From NCBI GenBank assembly GCA_964016885.1, contig OZ024740.1:130200001-130264000 (forward strand): a stretch of 64,000 nucleotides of DNA, written 5' to 3'. Shown here piece after piece: positions 1 through 16,746 of the stretch. This stretch comes from Eledone cirrhosa (lineage: Eukaryota). Both the position numbers and the translations under genes were made by a program. Numbering within the stretch: position 1 is the first letter of the stretch; each line of letters opens with the position of its first letter. The notes beneath the pieces were generated by a model. It was not told where the DNA came from, made no database searches, and was given only the letters and a program-made list of their open reading frames with translations.

Positions 1-2179
1 TCAGGTGTGTGGCAATGATGCTAAATTTACAACCGTGTAAATATAGTTTATTTCTTGTCTTCTGGATTTACTAGATTTTAAAATATAGTTGATAGGTAAT
101 TGCAATCTTTGTTTTTGTGTTTCTGTAGAGCAGGTGTATGCCTGACTTAGGAGCTAATGTTAAAATAAAAGACTTTATCCATTAACCTATCAGGCGTAAT
201 CGTTTTTAACTTTTAATATTCTCCTTGAAGATGTTTCTGAATGTAACCACGATGTGTTCAATTATGGCATATGGCATCAGCAAGCTAATATGCACCTGAT
301 TCACGCACAAAGGACCCTCTGAAGAAGGCCAATCCTATGTCAAGACAGCTTGAGATACAAGAGAATAATACTATTATAATAATATTAAACTCTTTCAACC
401 TAACAGAATTAATATACGCCAGCATCGAGAGCAAATACGTGGCTGTCATAATTGATATAGAGAAATTTGAATAGAACATTCGGGGAAAGAATTTATTGTG
501 AAATCTGTTAACTATTTACTGTAACAAATCAATAAAAATAACTGCTTGAAAATATTTTGGGTATGCAACAATTCACTTGGAAATGCTTGAATTTCTACAC
601 GCAATTTAAACAAAAAGCAAGAAAACAATTAAATCTCCTTATGACCTTTAAAATGACATTTTCCAAAATAAAACAGATACTAGAAAAAAAACTAACATAA
701 TATATCATGAATGCAACAGTGTTTAATACGCGAGTGAAACAGCTGAAATACGACTAAATAAATTGTCAGAATACACACAACAATGTGCTGACGACTATTC
801 GAATATTGGACAATTATTTGCAAAACTTTATTGAAAAATTCATATTACTTCCAGAAACACAGATTTTCAGATTTTTATCAATAATCAGAATGAATCCTAT
901 CCGTTCACCTTATGGTGCAAAGGAAAATATAAGGTATTAATTTTTACTAAAGGTCTTTCGTTGTGCTTGGGATAATCAGCAATTTTGAGTGCATGATAAA
1001 ACATGTATTATATCAAACAAGCATCAATTAGTACATAACATATAATACGTCAGCTCCACTAACGCACGCTTATTTAAACCTCGGTCCACTCTATTTTCGT
1101 ACATTAGCGACAAATATCTAAACCAAAGTAGACTGCTCACCCATATTTCCAAGCATCAGGCTGCATCAAAGTGAAGCCGTTATTAATTTTACTATTACTC
1201 TAAACTTAGGATAGAACATTATTTGCCATCAAATTCTCGATTTTAACCTAGTGTATGGCAAGGAAAGTTTCCTGAAAAAGAAATGCAGTTGATATATCCT
1301 TTAAAACACTTATCGTCAAACTAAACCCGAGAAATGTACGCCCAGGAAATACATTCAAGTTTATATAGAAAATCAGTGGGTAAAACGTCGTCACGAACAG
1401 CGTTGTATTTGAACAAAAAATATTTTATAAATAAATAAGTTATTTCTTCAATAGCAGAAAGATGATGAATTCTAACAAATTCAATGGACGTTAAAAATAT
1501 GTCTATCTTCAGTGTAAGATTAAGAACAAGGTATTTATCACTCGGGTAAACGTTTCGATATGTGATCATTGTTCTGGTGTCATAACATATTCATAATATC
1601 AGGGTAGATAGTGGATTATATTATTCCTATGTTGAAGCCGTTGAAGAAAGTGTATGGACATTTTCTGTGTTTATCACGATTACATTTTATAATCAGATAT
1701 CCCTTATTTAGGAATATTTTGTCGCTCAGATTTTTACATCTTATGTTTTTGTCGCAATTAAATAATAACAAGGATAATGATAATGGTTTCTTTATTAGCC
1801 ACAATGGGTTTACATTAAGATGATAATAAAGACGGTGCAGGACGGTACATTAGCATTTTGTGTTTGTTTGAGAGAATATTTCATATATAATATAAAAAAT
1901 AAACATTTAAAAATTATAAATTAAAAAAATCCCTCAAAAGTAGGGATAACTCCGAGGCTTTAATCATGAAGAACATCACAAAACGACATGCTAACATTGA
2001 CCGCTAGGGAAATTGCTTTCCCTTAGATGCTCTCCACTAATTTACAAGCGCATACACAGAGCAAGCCTACTCATTTGGAGAATTCTCACCCTTCCAACCC
2101 CCTTTCAACAAACTGGTTGGAAAGCACCATTTTCCTCTCCACCCTGAGGTTTTTCTCTTTAGGTGAAATCTAAAAAAAT

Positions 2180-3130
2180 TAATAAGGGCTTCACTGAAGA
2201 GGAAATTTCCTGTTTTCAAAAGGTTCCATCGCATCCGCCACACGAACATTTTACCAGGGACATCAGATCAGATAGAATATGCCTGTCCTTCCGCTCTGAA
2301 TGAAGAGGGCGGAATAATCTTCACAATTGACTCAGTTGATAATCGGATCCGTATTACATGTTGCAGTAGGTGTTCGACATATAGCCACATGTGAGCAATG
2401 CTTTGACACTTGCTGAATGCGTGCAAGAGGGTTTCGTCGCCCTACGTATATCTTAGATGGGCATGGGTAACGGTACATCCTAGATTGTATGCTTCGAACT
2501 GGCAAATGCTCCTAGTTAGAACTACCCAATTGACTGAGAGCTGTGAGCGTTTGGAGACATTCCATTTTCCAAGCACTCACTTTCTGCCTTCGCCTGAGCA
2601 ACGTCCAATATTCTTTCAAGGAGACGAGATATGGAGAAATGTATCTAGCAACGGTGACAACACCTGTTCTCCTTCGTGGTAAAGATGGAGTTGATGTAAC
2701 CTGAGCTCATGTTTTCACATCATCAGCCACGGCATGCCCAGTCCTCTACTTAGAGTATATTGGCAGTGAATGCGCCACTAGACTATTCGCACGCGTCCCA
2801 TCTACAAAACAGGAAAGATCAAATATTCCAGTGCGGCCAGATGTGGTCCAAATACAAGGCACGAATGTCGATAGGTAGTAAACGACGGACGCGATGTATG
2901 CTTTCACTGAGAGGAAACACGCGTTATAGCAATAGACAGAACGCCTGTTGCTATAACGAGAGTTTCCTCTCGGTCCATTTCTGGGTGATGATAGCCAACC
3001 TTATCATTACGACATAACAGCTTCTGGACCAAACCAGACACCGAGCAATGTAACCACTCCGTCCGTAAATCGACCAACGATGTTGTTTGTCTGCAGGGAC
3101 ATGCCTCTTCTGGTGCCAAGAGGCATGTCC
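2180..3130 (-). mobile_element. Degraded LINE remnant (CR1/L2-like RT C-terminus)
   Basis: GC-richer island. Minus-strand fragments resemble CR1-group C-terminal motifs (LYxxxxxPH, RLxxLxL, VRVADAWN-like near 2220-2250), with frameshifts. Confidence 0.45.
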
Positions 3131-3703
3131 ACCGATGTTCTCATGATCATTTTACACATAGGTTGCGGCTTTGTATTCCTCAATAATATTAATACATTTC
3201 TATGCGTCGGCAGAGAATTTATGTTTATTTTACTTTCTTATTTCTGCGAGGTTAGAAACAATTTCTTTCAGAAAATATTTGGTCAATTAACTTTTTCAAA
3301 TTTTCAATGTAATCATTTCTCATAAGCAACATGTTTTCTAAAAATGTCGAATAAATAGAAAAAAAAGTAACTGCACTATAAATTGAATCATGCCCACTCA
3401 AATTTTCTGATGAAATAAGAATCGACGACATCAATCTCTTTATAGTCTGACGTTGCTGATCATGAACCAGTGGCCGTAGAATTCAACAATTCCCATGAAT
3501 ATCAATGTTTCTAAAAAGGAGAGGGCAAGTAGCATAGACGAAAGCAAATTCTATAACATCAAAACCAACAGAAACTAGAGAATCTGCCAATCCCAATGTA
3601 AGTAGAATAGACAAAAACAAAAACATCAAAAAGTAAAAACAAAGATAAAAACAAAACTACTGAGCGTAGTACCAACAGCAATACTAATGGTGATAATAGG
3701 ATT

Positions 3704-3823
3704 AATAATTGTTCTACTATTGGCACAAGGCCAGCAATTACTCAGTGCATTACTGGTACTTTATTTTATTGACCCCGTAAGAATGAAAGGTAAAGTTAAC
3801 CTCGGCGGGATTTGAACTCAGAA
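3704..3823 (+). mobile_element. SINE fragment (octopus-type SINE body)
   Basis: ctggtactttattttattgaccccgtaagaatgaaaggtaaagttaacctcggcgggatttgaactcag. Homologous copies at ~35640-35925 (-) and ~38560-38752 (+). Family recognised from memory. Confidence 0.75.
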
Positions 3824-3899
3824 TTAATAATGATAGTAATGGTGATAGTGGTGGTGGCATTAGCAGTGCTGGTGGTTGTAGGGGTGGTGATGGTAGTCA

Positions 3900-6470
3900 T
3901 GAATTATTTTTTACCACAAAATGATCGGGACAGCACTAATACAAATCAAAACAGTTGCCAATAAATAACTGGCTGGCACCAGGTGGAGAGAAGTTGTTTC
4001 TTATGTGCAAAGAAAACAAGAACCTCTAATTGAACTTGGAAAAAAGAACATTAGTATGTGTGAAAGAGAGTCCTTGAAAAAATTGACAAGCAGAAAGAAG
4101 AACAATAGACAAATAATAGCTGGATATCTGGCTGAATCATTGGGGAGATGGACCCTCATGTATCAGTATTGAATGAGGGTATTTATTCTGCAGCAACGCT
4201 AATAGAAAGAAAACGTTTATTAAAGCAAAAAGGTGACAGCACTCACAATATCACTATGTAAGATAACATTGAGGTGGAAATTGAAACATTGAGTGGAAAA
4301 ATATTAATCCTGGATTAAATATGCGCTGCGAAATCTGCCATGCCAAGAAAAGGAAGGACAGTAATTAGGAGGTACAAAGAAACTTCAAAACCTGATATTT
4401 CATCAATCAAAGAAGCCCTTAAACAGGAAGTACAGCTGAAATCTCAAAGAATCAGATTTGGAAAGCGAAATAAATGTTTACAGGCACAATAAGCTGTTTA
4501 TTTGTGTGGCAAAAAAGTTTTCCAGCAAAATTGGAGCACAGACAATTAGGAGACAGGAGCCTCTTTCAGTTCATGATATTGAAGAAATTCGCAAAGTAAT
4601 ATTGAGTAGAGAGAAATCTCATAATGCGAACACAGAATTAATGAAGTTTATGGAAGATACAGACAAGCAGAATTGGCAAGAAACAACTATGATTGAACAG
4701 GAATTTGCACTAAGGAAAGCCAACAAATGGAAATCTCCTGGCATTGATAAAGTGCGCAAATATCTGGTTAATATACCTAATATTATGTTAGTAAAATGTT
4801 ACGACAACATTTTGCACAATCCTGGGTAATCTCCCGATTGGTTTGCTCAATTTGTAAAATATCTCTTGCCAAAATCGACGGAAACAAATACTCAAAATAA
4901 TTATCGCCCGTCTACGTGCCTTCCCACATCATACACAATTCTCACCTCAATCTTGATTGATACAACGAACAAATTTCTTGAAGAACTTTTACCCTCTTGA
5001 ACAGAAAGGTTGCCGCTGTATAGATTTATATTTGCGAAGACCACCGTTTCATTAATCGTATGATTCTGAAAAAGTGTCATAACAAACACAGATATTTGCT
5101 TATTGATTCAATTGATTATGAACAAAAACATTTGATAATGTTTCTCGCATATGGAATTTTAAAAGTTTGGATTCTCTGAAAATATCGCCAGTAATAGCAA
5201 ACTTCCTGAAATACAACATGTCTACATGGACTGCAAATCTATAACTGTCACACATGTATGAAAATATAAATAACAGCAGCATAAGTATTAACTTTGTTAA
5301 TCTTCAAGTTGATTCACTTTCTTCTCTGATATATTGCAAGCATTCACACCGCAGTTTTTAGCGCTCAACAAACACAATATGGCTACAAATTAGACATTAA
5401 AACCACCAATCATCTGTTTTATATGGATGCCTTGAAACTGTATGCCAAACATGATAGAGAATTGGAAGAACGGTTCAAAAGAGTTAATGTATTGAGCGAT
5501 AATGTAGGGATGGAGTTAGAATTGGAAACATGCGCCAAAGGAACATTCAAGCAAGGCAGAATGACAATCGCAAACAGAATGGGAATAGATGCGAATAGAA
5601 TAAGTATAGAACAAGAACAGGAACAAGTCTACATATATCTAGGGATCAAAAACGGCCAAGCTATTCAGCACGACATCATCAAAAAGTGTATCAGGAAGGA
5701 ACGTTACCAGTGAGTACGTGCTCTTATAAAAAAATAGATTAAAACTCGAGGAATAAACTATTTGTCATACATGCGCTTGCAAACCCTCTTGTTACCTATA
5801 GTTTCAATATCATGATTTAAAACGTTAATGAAATTAAGAGAGCAGACACTAAAATTAAGAAACGTCTGACTTGTAATAACACATATCACCCAAAACGCAT
5901 AAGTGGGTCGCATGCGTTTTCCTAGACTAGACGGAGGTAGGGAAATCCTCCACCCTACACTCAATGAATAGTTGAAAAGTATAAATGATTAAAATATAAA
6001 AATGTTTTCAAATGACGGAAAGAAGAATTTGCATTCAGTTACAAAGTAAGGTAGGAAGTTTGCGGAAGAATTTGGAATACATTTTGAAAATGATTGCAAT
6101 TCTGCAATTAAATTCGAAAAGTGTTGACAAAACATACTGGTGAGCGGTACATTGCACAGATTAGGAACAAAAAACCACTGCTTATTCCCCTCAGCAAAGA
6201 ACTTGATGTAGATTAAACTCTCACCCATCAGTTATCACCAAATGAGTTCAGTAAACTCAGAAAATGTAACGATCTATCATTTGAAGTTGAGAATATGTGC
6301 CATCTTAAAGTATGTACAAGACAATGATAGTTGGTGCACATAAAATGATAAAAAAGATACCTGAAAAATATTTGGATCGGATTCTTGGAAAGCTATCTCT
6401 GCAAAGAAAATAATGAAAATATTGCTGACTGGCACTGTCTATGTCCTCAGAGTGGCATTATGAATTTGAA
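3900..6470 (+). mobile_element. Degraded R4/Dong-like non-LTR retrotransposon (RT pseudogene)
   Basis: Fragments NKWKSPGIDKV, YRPSTCLPTSY, NHLFYMDALKLYAK (YMDD-type), YIYLGI, DGGR and C-terminal LLTGTVYVLR. Many stops and frameshifts. Confidence 0.75.
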
Positions 6471-6693
6471 GACATTTTGAGAGACATTTACCATTGTTTG
6501 TGCAATTCTAGCATCATTTGTACGACAATCGATTGTAAATTATGTGTATTATAAAATGTTACCTCAGTTGTCAGACTGAGAAAGAAGCAGATTTCAAAGG
6601 ATGTTTCAAATAATAAATATAACAATAAATTAGCACTTTTGCTCTTCGTAGAACATATTCTTAACATTTCACTTCCCATGTACATTCTGGTTA

Positions 6694-6850
<157 letters not shown>

Positions 6851-7552
6851 ATCTTCTTTTCTCAGGCACTATCAGATTAACGCGACAACGGAATTTATAA
6901 TTTTCATATTTGTAAGAGATAATACAAACTGATATACAATGTTTAAATCAATACTAACATAATATTAAAACTGTCATAGTCTGAATATAATGATTAACAG
7001 TGAGTTTTAATCCAATCTTATTATTGAATATCACACATATAAAGCGTAAATGTTGTTATATTAACTTTTAAATGATTGTTATCTTACATTTAAGAACAAA
7101 GAAACGATTTTTTCATTAACTTCTTCCAGTTCACAAGAACAACTCACAAGAAGAAAAATTCACACGTCTTTTGTTTGCCCATATATTTCAATTCTCAATA
7201 TAAATAGTGTAAAGTGATATGAATTACATAGTAATGAAAGAGAAAAAAATATATTGCTTCAGAAAAACAATGTATTATCTCTTTTGATTTTCCTTCATTC
7301 ATCATCCCCTAGACTTTAAAAAACATGATTAAAGGAATACTACATGTTTTTATTTCATTTAACCCTATTGCAAAATTATGTGGACAAAATGTTTCTTAAC
7401 TCAAATTATAACGCTCGTCTACCTAAAATATTTATTTAAATTACTTAGTTAATATTCCTATTTATTTAACAGAAATATGTATAAAGCGCAACATTGCCTG
7501 TAGCAGAGAATGAGAGCGACACTTATCTTACATGGAGAATTTTATATATATG

Positions 7553-7643
<91 letters not shown>

Positions 7644-7739
7644 GTATGTGTGTATGTATGTGTGTATGTGTGTGTGTGTGTGAAACATAATTACAAGAGA
7701 AAAAGGTAATTCTGGGAATATAAACAAGATATATATATA

Positions 7740-7933
7740 TAACGAAGGAATTGTGTTAAAGAACCAGATGGACAATAACGCACAAGAGTACTCAATAGTT
7801 AGGGTAGTAGAGTGGGTAATAGAAAAAAGTATGACCACGACGACAGAGCTAAAGTCGTTTCGACGGCTGTTTTTGGACGTCCAAAAATGGTCGTCGAAAC
7901 GGCTTACGCTCTGCCGTCGGGGTCATACTTTTT

Positions 7934-7936
<3 letters not shown>
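7740..7936 (-). mobile_element. Short fold-back PLE-derived element (3' half of HHR plus tail)
   Basis: Palindrome ~7822-7935 centred on ggacgtcc, plus ~80-nt tail homologous to 42038-42119. Flanked by (TA)n. Relatives at 27830-27964 and 34810-35005. Confidence 0.8.
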
Positions 7937-8009
<73 letters not shown>

Positions 8010-8010
8010 G

Positions 8011-8548
8011 AAAATAAAGTTAAATAAAAGTCAAATGATTAAAATTTAGCTTCGTTTATTACTGCTATATATATTTCAGTGACAGCCATCTTTGGCTGTG
8101 ACCCCTTCAGGCAGTTTGAATTAGTATGGTATAGACAAGTACATATGTTGTTTAGGTGTATAATATTGTCAATAGTCTGATATGCCCAGTTCCTTATCGG
8201 GTTGTTAATTCACTGAGGAACTGGAGTTATATGACTCCAGTCCTCAGTGAATTAACAACCCAACAAGGAACTTGGCTTATCAGAGTGTTGACAATATTAT
8301 ACACCTAAACAACATATGTACTTGTCTATACCATACTAATTCAAACTGCCTGAAGAGGTCACAGCCAAAGATGGCTGTCACTGAAATATATATAGCAGTA
8401 ATAAACGAAGCTAAATTTTAATCATTTGACTTTTATTTAACTTTATTTTACACTACTCCGGAGTAACCAAACCAACCTGCGCACTACGTCGATTGCTCCA
8501 GCTTGCATACTGAGGTGTTGGTATACAACCAACATAAACTCGAAATCT
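8011..8548 (+). mobile_element. Fold-back element, ~220-bp arms plus ~100-nt tail
   Basis: 8011-8228 is the near-perfect reverse complement of ~8233-8449. (TA)n on both sides. Confidence 0.9.
8345..8399 (+). ncRNA. Minimal type I hammerhead ribozyme
   Basis: actgc-CTGAAGA-[ggtcacagcca aaga tggctgtcact]-GAAA-tatata-TA-gcagt. Stem I 5 bp, palindromic stem III, AUA triplet. Mirror copy at 8061-8115. Confidence 0.8.
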
Positions 8549-8553
8549 ATATG

Positions 8554-10460
<1,907 letters not shown>

Positions 10461-10899
10461 CCACCGTTTTTAGCACCGGTTAATGCCTCAACTAGGGAAA
10501 TAACCCCAGGATATTGGCAGGCAAATTCAAAATGTGAACAAGGGAAGCATGCTCCCTGTACAAACCGAATGAGAAGCAGTGGACCAGGCGTTATTAGACA
10601 AACATAACTAATTAATCAATCAATAGAGTTGTATAATTAAATTAATTAATTAATTATTAGGCCTAGGAGATAATAATACAAAGGGAAGTTTAGTAAAATC
10701 GAAGCTTCGGTTGTAGCCAAGCCAATGAAATACAATCAGGAATGTTTCAGCCAAGCACTCCATGAGAAAGCCCAGAATAATAACATTCGTTAGACGGCAT
10801 GAACAATTGGAATCTGTGGCAGGGAAGTCTAGTGGCGACACCGAAGTAACGGAGGAACCAACGGGTTAATAAACAAACCTGGGCACTCACACACATACA

Positions 10900-10958
<59 letters not shown>

Positions 10959-11046
10959 ACACACACACATATATATACACATACACACACACACATATAT
11001 ATATATACATATGTACACACACACATATGTATACACACACAGACAC

Positions 11047-11093
<47 letters not shown>

Positions 11094-11327
11094 AAAGTTT
11101 TATATAAAATTTTTGGGTTACAACAAGTAAATATTTTATGACTGATATAAAGCACTCGACAAGTTTTGGAGTAGATATACGATATTAAACAAATGGAAAC
11201 TATATTTATAAACCATATTTATTTCATTATACATATTTCGTGGATACCATATTAAAAATATGGCATGCCTTCTTCAGATAAAATACAATGTATAAACATT
11301 TTATAAACATTTTATAAACAAACCTTC

Positions 11328-12990
11328 TTGCCTAGGAAACCCAAGATCGATATGAAAGATCACAAAATAAATTTTGAAAATGATTTGCCAGTTAGATTGA
11401 TTGCACCATCAAAATCTGACCTGGGTAAACTTAGCAAAAACATTCTTGACAGGGTGATACAGCAAATTAAAAACTTACATAATTTACCTAACTTAAACTT
11501 ATGGAAGGGGACCGGTGAGGTTATTGAGTGGTTTAAAGAAATTATATATAACAATAATAATAAATTTATTCAACTAGATATTGCTAACTACTATTCATCT
11601 ATTACCCCTAATCTACTGAATAAGGCACTAAATTACGCATTCAAACATACAGACCTAACTAGCAATGAAATGCACATTATATTATCGGCAAGGAAAACAT
11701 TGATAGAATTTAATAACCAACTATGGACTAGGGCAGATAGAGATAATAATTTCGACATCACTATGGGATCATCTGACTCAGCTCAGGTAACGGACCTTGT
11801 GGGCCTATTTATAATTAATTCGCTGCATAGAAAAATACCTGGTGTAACCGGAGGATTATATCGTGATGACATGCTTTTACTTATTGAAAATAATAACTCT
11901 GAACTAAATAGGAAAAGAAAACAAATTATATAATTTTTTAATTACCTTAATCTAAAAATAGAAATATAGAATAACCATAGAATAGTCAATTTCCTAGATG
12001 TAACACTAAATCTCAACACATGTCTTCACTATCCATTTCACAAACTAAATGAAAACTTGAATTATGTCAATTTTAACTCTAATCACCCCAGATCTGTTAA
12101 AAATACTATAGTGAACTCTGTTCAAGAACGTATCTCAAGAATTTCATCTAATAAAAATATTTTCGATGAAAAAGCGCAGTATTACAATGAAGCGTTAGCT
12201 AGAGCAGGATATAGTGATAAAATTAAGTACATCGATAATAATAGGCAAACTAACCAATATAATAACAATTTTAATTACGGTAACAACTTTAACAACTATA
12301 ATAGAAAACATTACAATAATTCCAAAAGCCGGAAAAAAAATAGAACTAGAAATATAATATGGTTTGCCCCCCCCCCCTCTTTCTCACTAAATATTAAAAC
12401 CCTCATTGTTAAACTATTTTTTAATGCTCTTGACAAACGCTTCCCTAGAACGCATAAATATCACTCAATTTTTAATAGACATACTATAAAATTAACCTAC
12501 TCTTCCACCAAAAATTTAGCACAAAATATTAACAGAATAAATAATAGGAATCTAAAACCTAGTCAAAATACCGATAATGGCCAAAACAATATTCAATTAA
12601 ACAACTGTAACTGTAGAAATAAATATAAATGTCCGTTAAATAACAATTGCTTAGTTAAAAATATAATATACAATTGTAATGTTAAAACTAACTTAAATTC
12701 TTTTAACTACGTTGGTTCCACCTCGACAGAATTTAAACTTCGCTACAATAATCATAAGAATTCTTTCACAGATCCAAACAAAAAATCCTCAACTTCACTA
12801 TCAGGCTTACTCTGGCAACTTAAACAAGATAACGTTGGTTATTCGATGTTTTGGAATATTGTCTCAAGAGGGATTCCTTTTAATTCCTCATCTGAGACAT
12901 GTGACCTCTGAGTGGAGGAGATATTCTTTATATTAAAGTCCAAAAAATTCCCTTAATTTAAGGAGCAATTTATTCAGTTGCTGCAGACAT
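11328..12990 (+). pseudogene. RT plus GIY-YIG, frameshifted
   Basis: KDHK, RLIAPSKSDLG, FIQLDIANYYSSI, FDITMGSSDSA, GLYRDD, NFLDVTLNL, CNCRNKYKCPL, NIIY...YVG...FKLRYNNH. Frameshift near 11930. Confidence 0.9.
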
Positions 12991-14592
12991 AGATTGAACT
13001 CAACGTCTAAATATAAATATAAATTTAAAATGTAGCATAATTAATTAGGATATTTAATTAATGTATGAAACCTGACGATAAATCTTTCGATTCCTTCAAA
13101 TTTTTCTTTTAAACCTTCTTCATAAATATATACTAATGATGTAATTAATCTACCCTAAAATGTAGATGAATAAATCTATTGAATAAATTTTACGCTAGAT
13201 AAACTTCTATACTAAATATAAAAGCATCCGTAGAACAACAGGGTCTCCTAAATCCTTTAAATGATTTCTGCTAAATGAGTTTTGTTGAATACTTTTCGAT
13301 TTTTTGTTTGCTTTTTGATTCTGATTGCTTCTAATGAACTTGGCAATATATTGTCAGATAAATTGGAAGGGTAGGTTTCTGTGGTTGATATGGGGGGCAT
13401 ACTGTGTTTTTTACGGCCCGAGATACTCTAGGGAGTGATGAAAATATTTTTAACGTTTTGATATCTCTGTGCTGATATATTGATATCTGTACATATACGT
13501 GTGAATACACATATATATATATATATGTATGTGTGGGTATAGTTCTGGATATGTTACAGATATGCATAATATTCTATACATGAACGATAATCAAGTATGT
13601 GAGGGCAAGAATATTAATATATTTTTTTATGTATATATATATATAGTAAAATCTTTTATAACACAAAGAAAAATTTTTTTTCTGTGAAACAAGAAATTAC
13701 AGAGTTGATCACGTAAAATCATGGGTATGTCTATAGTGTCAACTAGAACTTGAGATGACCTTCACTTTTTCTCTTTATTTCCTTTTCCGGAAAATGCATA
13801 TGCATGTGTATGTATATCTCCGTATTTTTTGAAGTTTTATCTCAGTTTTGGTACATCGACCTCAGAATTTTTAAACTAAACATATGGTCATTGTTCAGCA
13901 AAATTAATTTCACACATTATATATCTATGTCTCATTCATGAATATTGATATTTACATTATATTACCCAATTCATATGAATTGATAATTCAAATTGATAGG
14001 ACATAACTTAAAGATGTAAATCTTGTCATCCCTCTCTCTAGATATAGCTCTTTCTTCTCCTCCCTCTTTATATATGATGAAATCTATGTATCCGTTGTTT
14101 TAACTTTGCCTCTCGAGTTTCTCTCTTGCTTCTCTCTCATTTCTCTCCTATTTCTCTCACCTCCCCATATATAATTATTATTATTTGGGCTACCTCTATT
14201 CTCTCCCCCACCTCCATCTTCCTCTATCTCTGTTTTCTCTTCATTTCTTATTTTCTCTCCGCCCACTCCCCAACTGTCCTTAACACTATAACTAAATAAT
14301 TACAGTACACCCTCCCTCCTAAATCTCTCAATTTGTATGATGAATTATTATTATTCATCTGTTGCCTCAGCTGCCTCTCTTTTTTCACCTCCTCACTATT
14401 TCTCTCTCATCTATATCTCTCTATTTCTCTCTGTTTTTCTTTACATACATTTCTTCTTTTTCTCTGTCTTTCTTTTTAACTGTGCTTAACACTAAATATT
14501 TGTAAACATCTCACTACCATACCAGCTTTTTACATAACAGTTGGTCAATATTTATGGTACGTCAAAATTATTTATAAAATGTTTATATATTG

Positions 14593-14658
14593 TATTTTAT
14601 CTGAAGAAGGCATGCCATATTTTTAATATGGTATCCCCGAAATATGTATAATGAAATA
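14593..14658 (+). ncRNA. Type I hammerhead in pLTR of PLE copy A
   Basis: tattttat-CTGAAGA-long stem II (atgccatat/atatggtat)-GAAA-tatgta-TA-atgaaata. Mirror at 11220-11285. Confidence 0.8.
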
Positions 14659-14740
14659 AATATGGTTTTATAAATATAGTTTCCATTTGTTTAATATCGT
14701 ATATATGTATATATATATATATGTACATGCATATATATAT

Positions 14741-14930
14741 AATGAAAAATAAAAGTTACGGGCGAAAGTGAGGAATAACCATCATCAATTGTCTACTAGG
14801 AATGATAGGTATTTCTCCACGCGTAGAAATACATCTGGTTCCTAGCAGACAACTGACTATGGTTAATCCTCTCTTTCGTCCGTAGCTTTTACTTTCATTA
14901 TACTTAATTGCAACCACACAGCTCACCATT
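14741..14930 (+). mobile_element. Small fold-back element
   Basis: ~80-bp imperfect arms centred near 14820, short tail, (TA)n flanks. Confidence 0.7.
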
Positions 14931-14940
14931 TATATATATA

Positions 14941-15032
<92 letters not shown>

Positions 15033-15046
15033 GTATATATATATAT

Positions 15047-15467
15047 GTAAGTACGTATGTATGTATACTTACATACATATATGTATACAGACGTACAGTA
15101 GTATGTATATATATACATACATGCACAAATATATATATGCACGTATCGGTTTACCGACCATTTATTATAATGCTCCGTTTGTTTGTAAACAAACAAACAC
15201 CCCGAATTACGCCGTACAATGTTTAGGCAACCGCTTCATCTTTTTGTTCAACACTGACAAAGGAACGATGAACTAGTTTCAAGATTATTAGCTATCGTCA
15301 GCATCGTATACATTCCTGCCAGATGGTTGAACATCAGAAAGTATATAATTTCCTTGTGCATATTAAAGGCTGAGAAGCCTAATTTGCATATCGAGTGAGT
15401 TCAGTCGGTCGGGCGCCCCGAAAACGATAAACGGAATAGAGTGAAACGAAATTTCATTTCTCACTCT

Positions 15468-15468
<1 letters not shown>
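15047..15468 (-). mobile_element. Retrozyme-like repeat, single unit
   Basis: Reverse complement of the unit at 18440-20207. HHR at 15265-15307. Confidence 0.8.
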
Positions 15469-15499
<31 letters not shown>

Positions 15500-15592
15500 A
15501 TATACTGTGGACTGTTTAAGTTTACAGACGTGTATTTATTTCTCTCCACCGAAAATAGTAACAAGCTACACAGCTTTAAAGCTTAACTGACC

Positions 15593-15628
<36 letters not shown>

Positions 15629-15629
15629 T

Positions 15630-16507
15630 TAGGGTAAACATTGATGCAATTCAAATCAACCACTCAACATACTCATATCCACATAGGAGTGACGGAGTAA
15701 ATATCGAATATGGAAAAGCGAAGTAGTTTCAGATGTTCAAGTCATTTAATAATAATGGTGTGATATATATTTCAATGGCCGAAAGTGGCTGCACTGTTCT
15801 GTGCGCCAGTCTCGCCACATCGTCAGACAGCTTGTTACATAATAAGGCTATGTTTCCGAGGCAATCCAAATTGAATCGACATGGGAACGGACGAAGTATG
15901 TGCTTTTGGGTTCTTCATCCGTTCCCCTGTGAGTACCAATTCACCCCCACTGGTCTGCGCAGGCGCAGGTCCAGGGGGAAGTTGACCATTAGCTACCGCA
16001 GATTTAAACGAAATTCGCTTTGTCAGTTCCCTCTCTCAGCCAGACAATGACCCATTCAAGCCGGCACCATAGTTTACTGCAACCCATCCCATCTGTGACA
16101 GTCAGCCAAAAGCCAGTGAGGGTGGGAGAGTGTTAGTATTTACAGGTCTCTATACTACCTCTCACTAATAACTGAACATCAACCTCTAAGAGTATATATT
16201 TTTAATTCTATGTATCATAGTTTCATATTGGAAGTTATATTTGAAATTAGAACTAAAAATTACAATTTAAAATCGAAAATCCTAAATCAAGTATCAGAAA
16301 TTATAAATTGAAAAATAAAAAAATAGAAATTAAACAATTAAAGATTTGGATTGCCTCGGAAACATAACCTTATTATATAACATGCTGTCTGACGAAGTCG
16401 CGAGACTGGCGCACAGAACAGAACAGTGCGGCCACTTTCGCCGTTGAAATATATATCACAGCATTATTATTAAATGACTTGAACATCTGAAACTACTTCG
16501 CTTTTCC
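15630..16507. mobile_element. Inverted-arm element with HHR
   Basis: Arms ~15712-15871 and ~16345-16507. HHR 16382-16464 (+): atgctgt-CTGACGA-stem II-GAAA-tatata-TC-acagcat. Mirror at 15756-15831. Confidence 0.8.
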
Positions 16508-16516
16508 TTATTCTCT

Positions 16517-16558
<42 letters not shown>

Positions 16559-16561
<3 letters not shown>

Positions 16562-16681
16562 AAATGAAATTAAGGGAGTCATGTCCGAGACATACGCCAT
16601 ATCCACCGTATCAATAAGCTCAAAGATTTCAATGAATAGATGCGACCATTTTATATCAACTAGAAATTGATTGACATATAT

Positions 16682-16746
<65 letters not shown>

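Larger units (their letters stand above)
11091..14701 (+). mobile_element. PLE copy A (Hydra-clade-like) with inverted pLTR
   Basis: ~11178-11310 is the inverted copy of ~14570-14701. ORF remnants 11328-12911, long 3' UTR, (TA)n flanks, tail 11091-11177. Confidence 0.85.

Noticed and set aside
1-1900. Short ORFs at 285-479, 1321-1569 and 1611-1823
   Set aside because: No motifs, and consistent with chance ORFs in AT-rich DNA.
8011-8449. Classifying the fold-backs as DNA-transposon MITEs
   Set aside because: Asymmetric tails, HHRs and, for several families, direct continuity with RT/GIY-YIG ORFs point to PLE inverted pLTRs.
12909-12911. In-frame TGA at the second Cys of the CxLC motif (selenocysteine, as in some Naiad PLEs?)
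   Set aside because: Single instance in a copy that is already frameshifted. Copies B and C have TGT/TGC and no SECIS was identified. Point decay is more likely.
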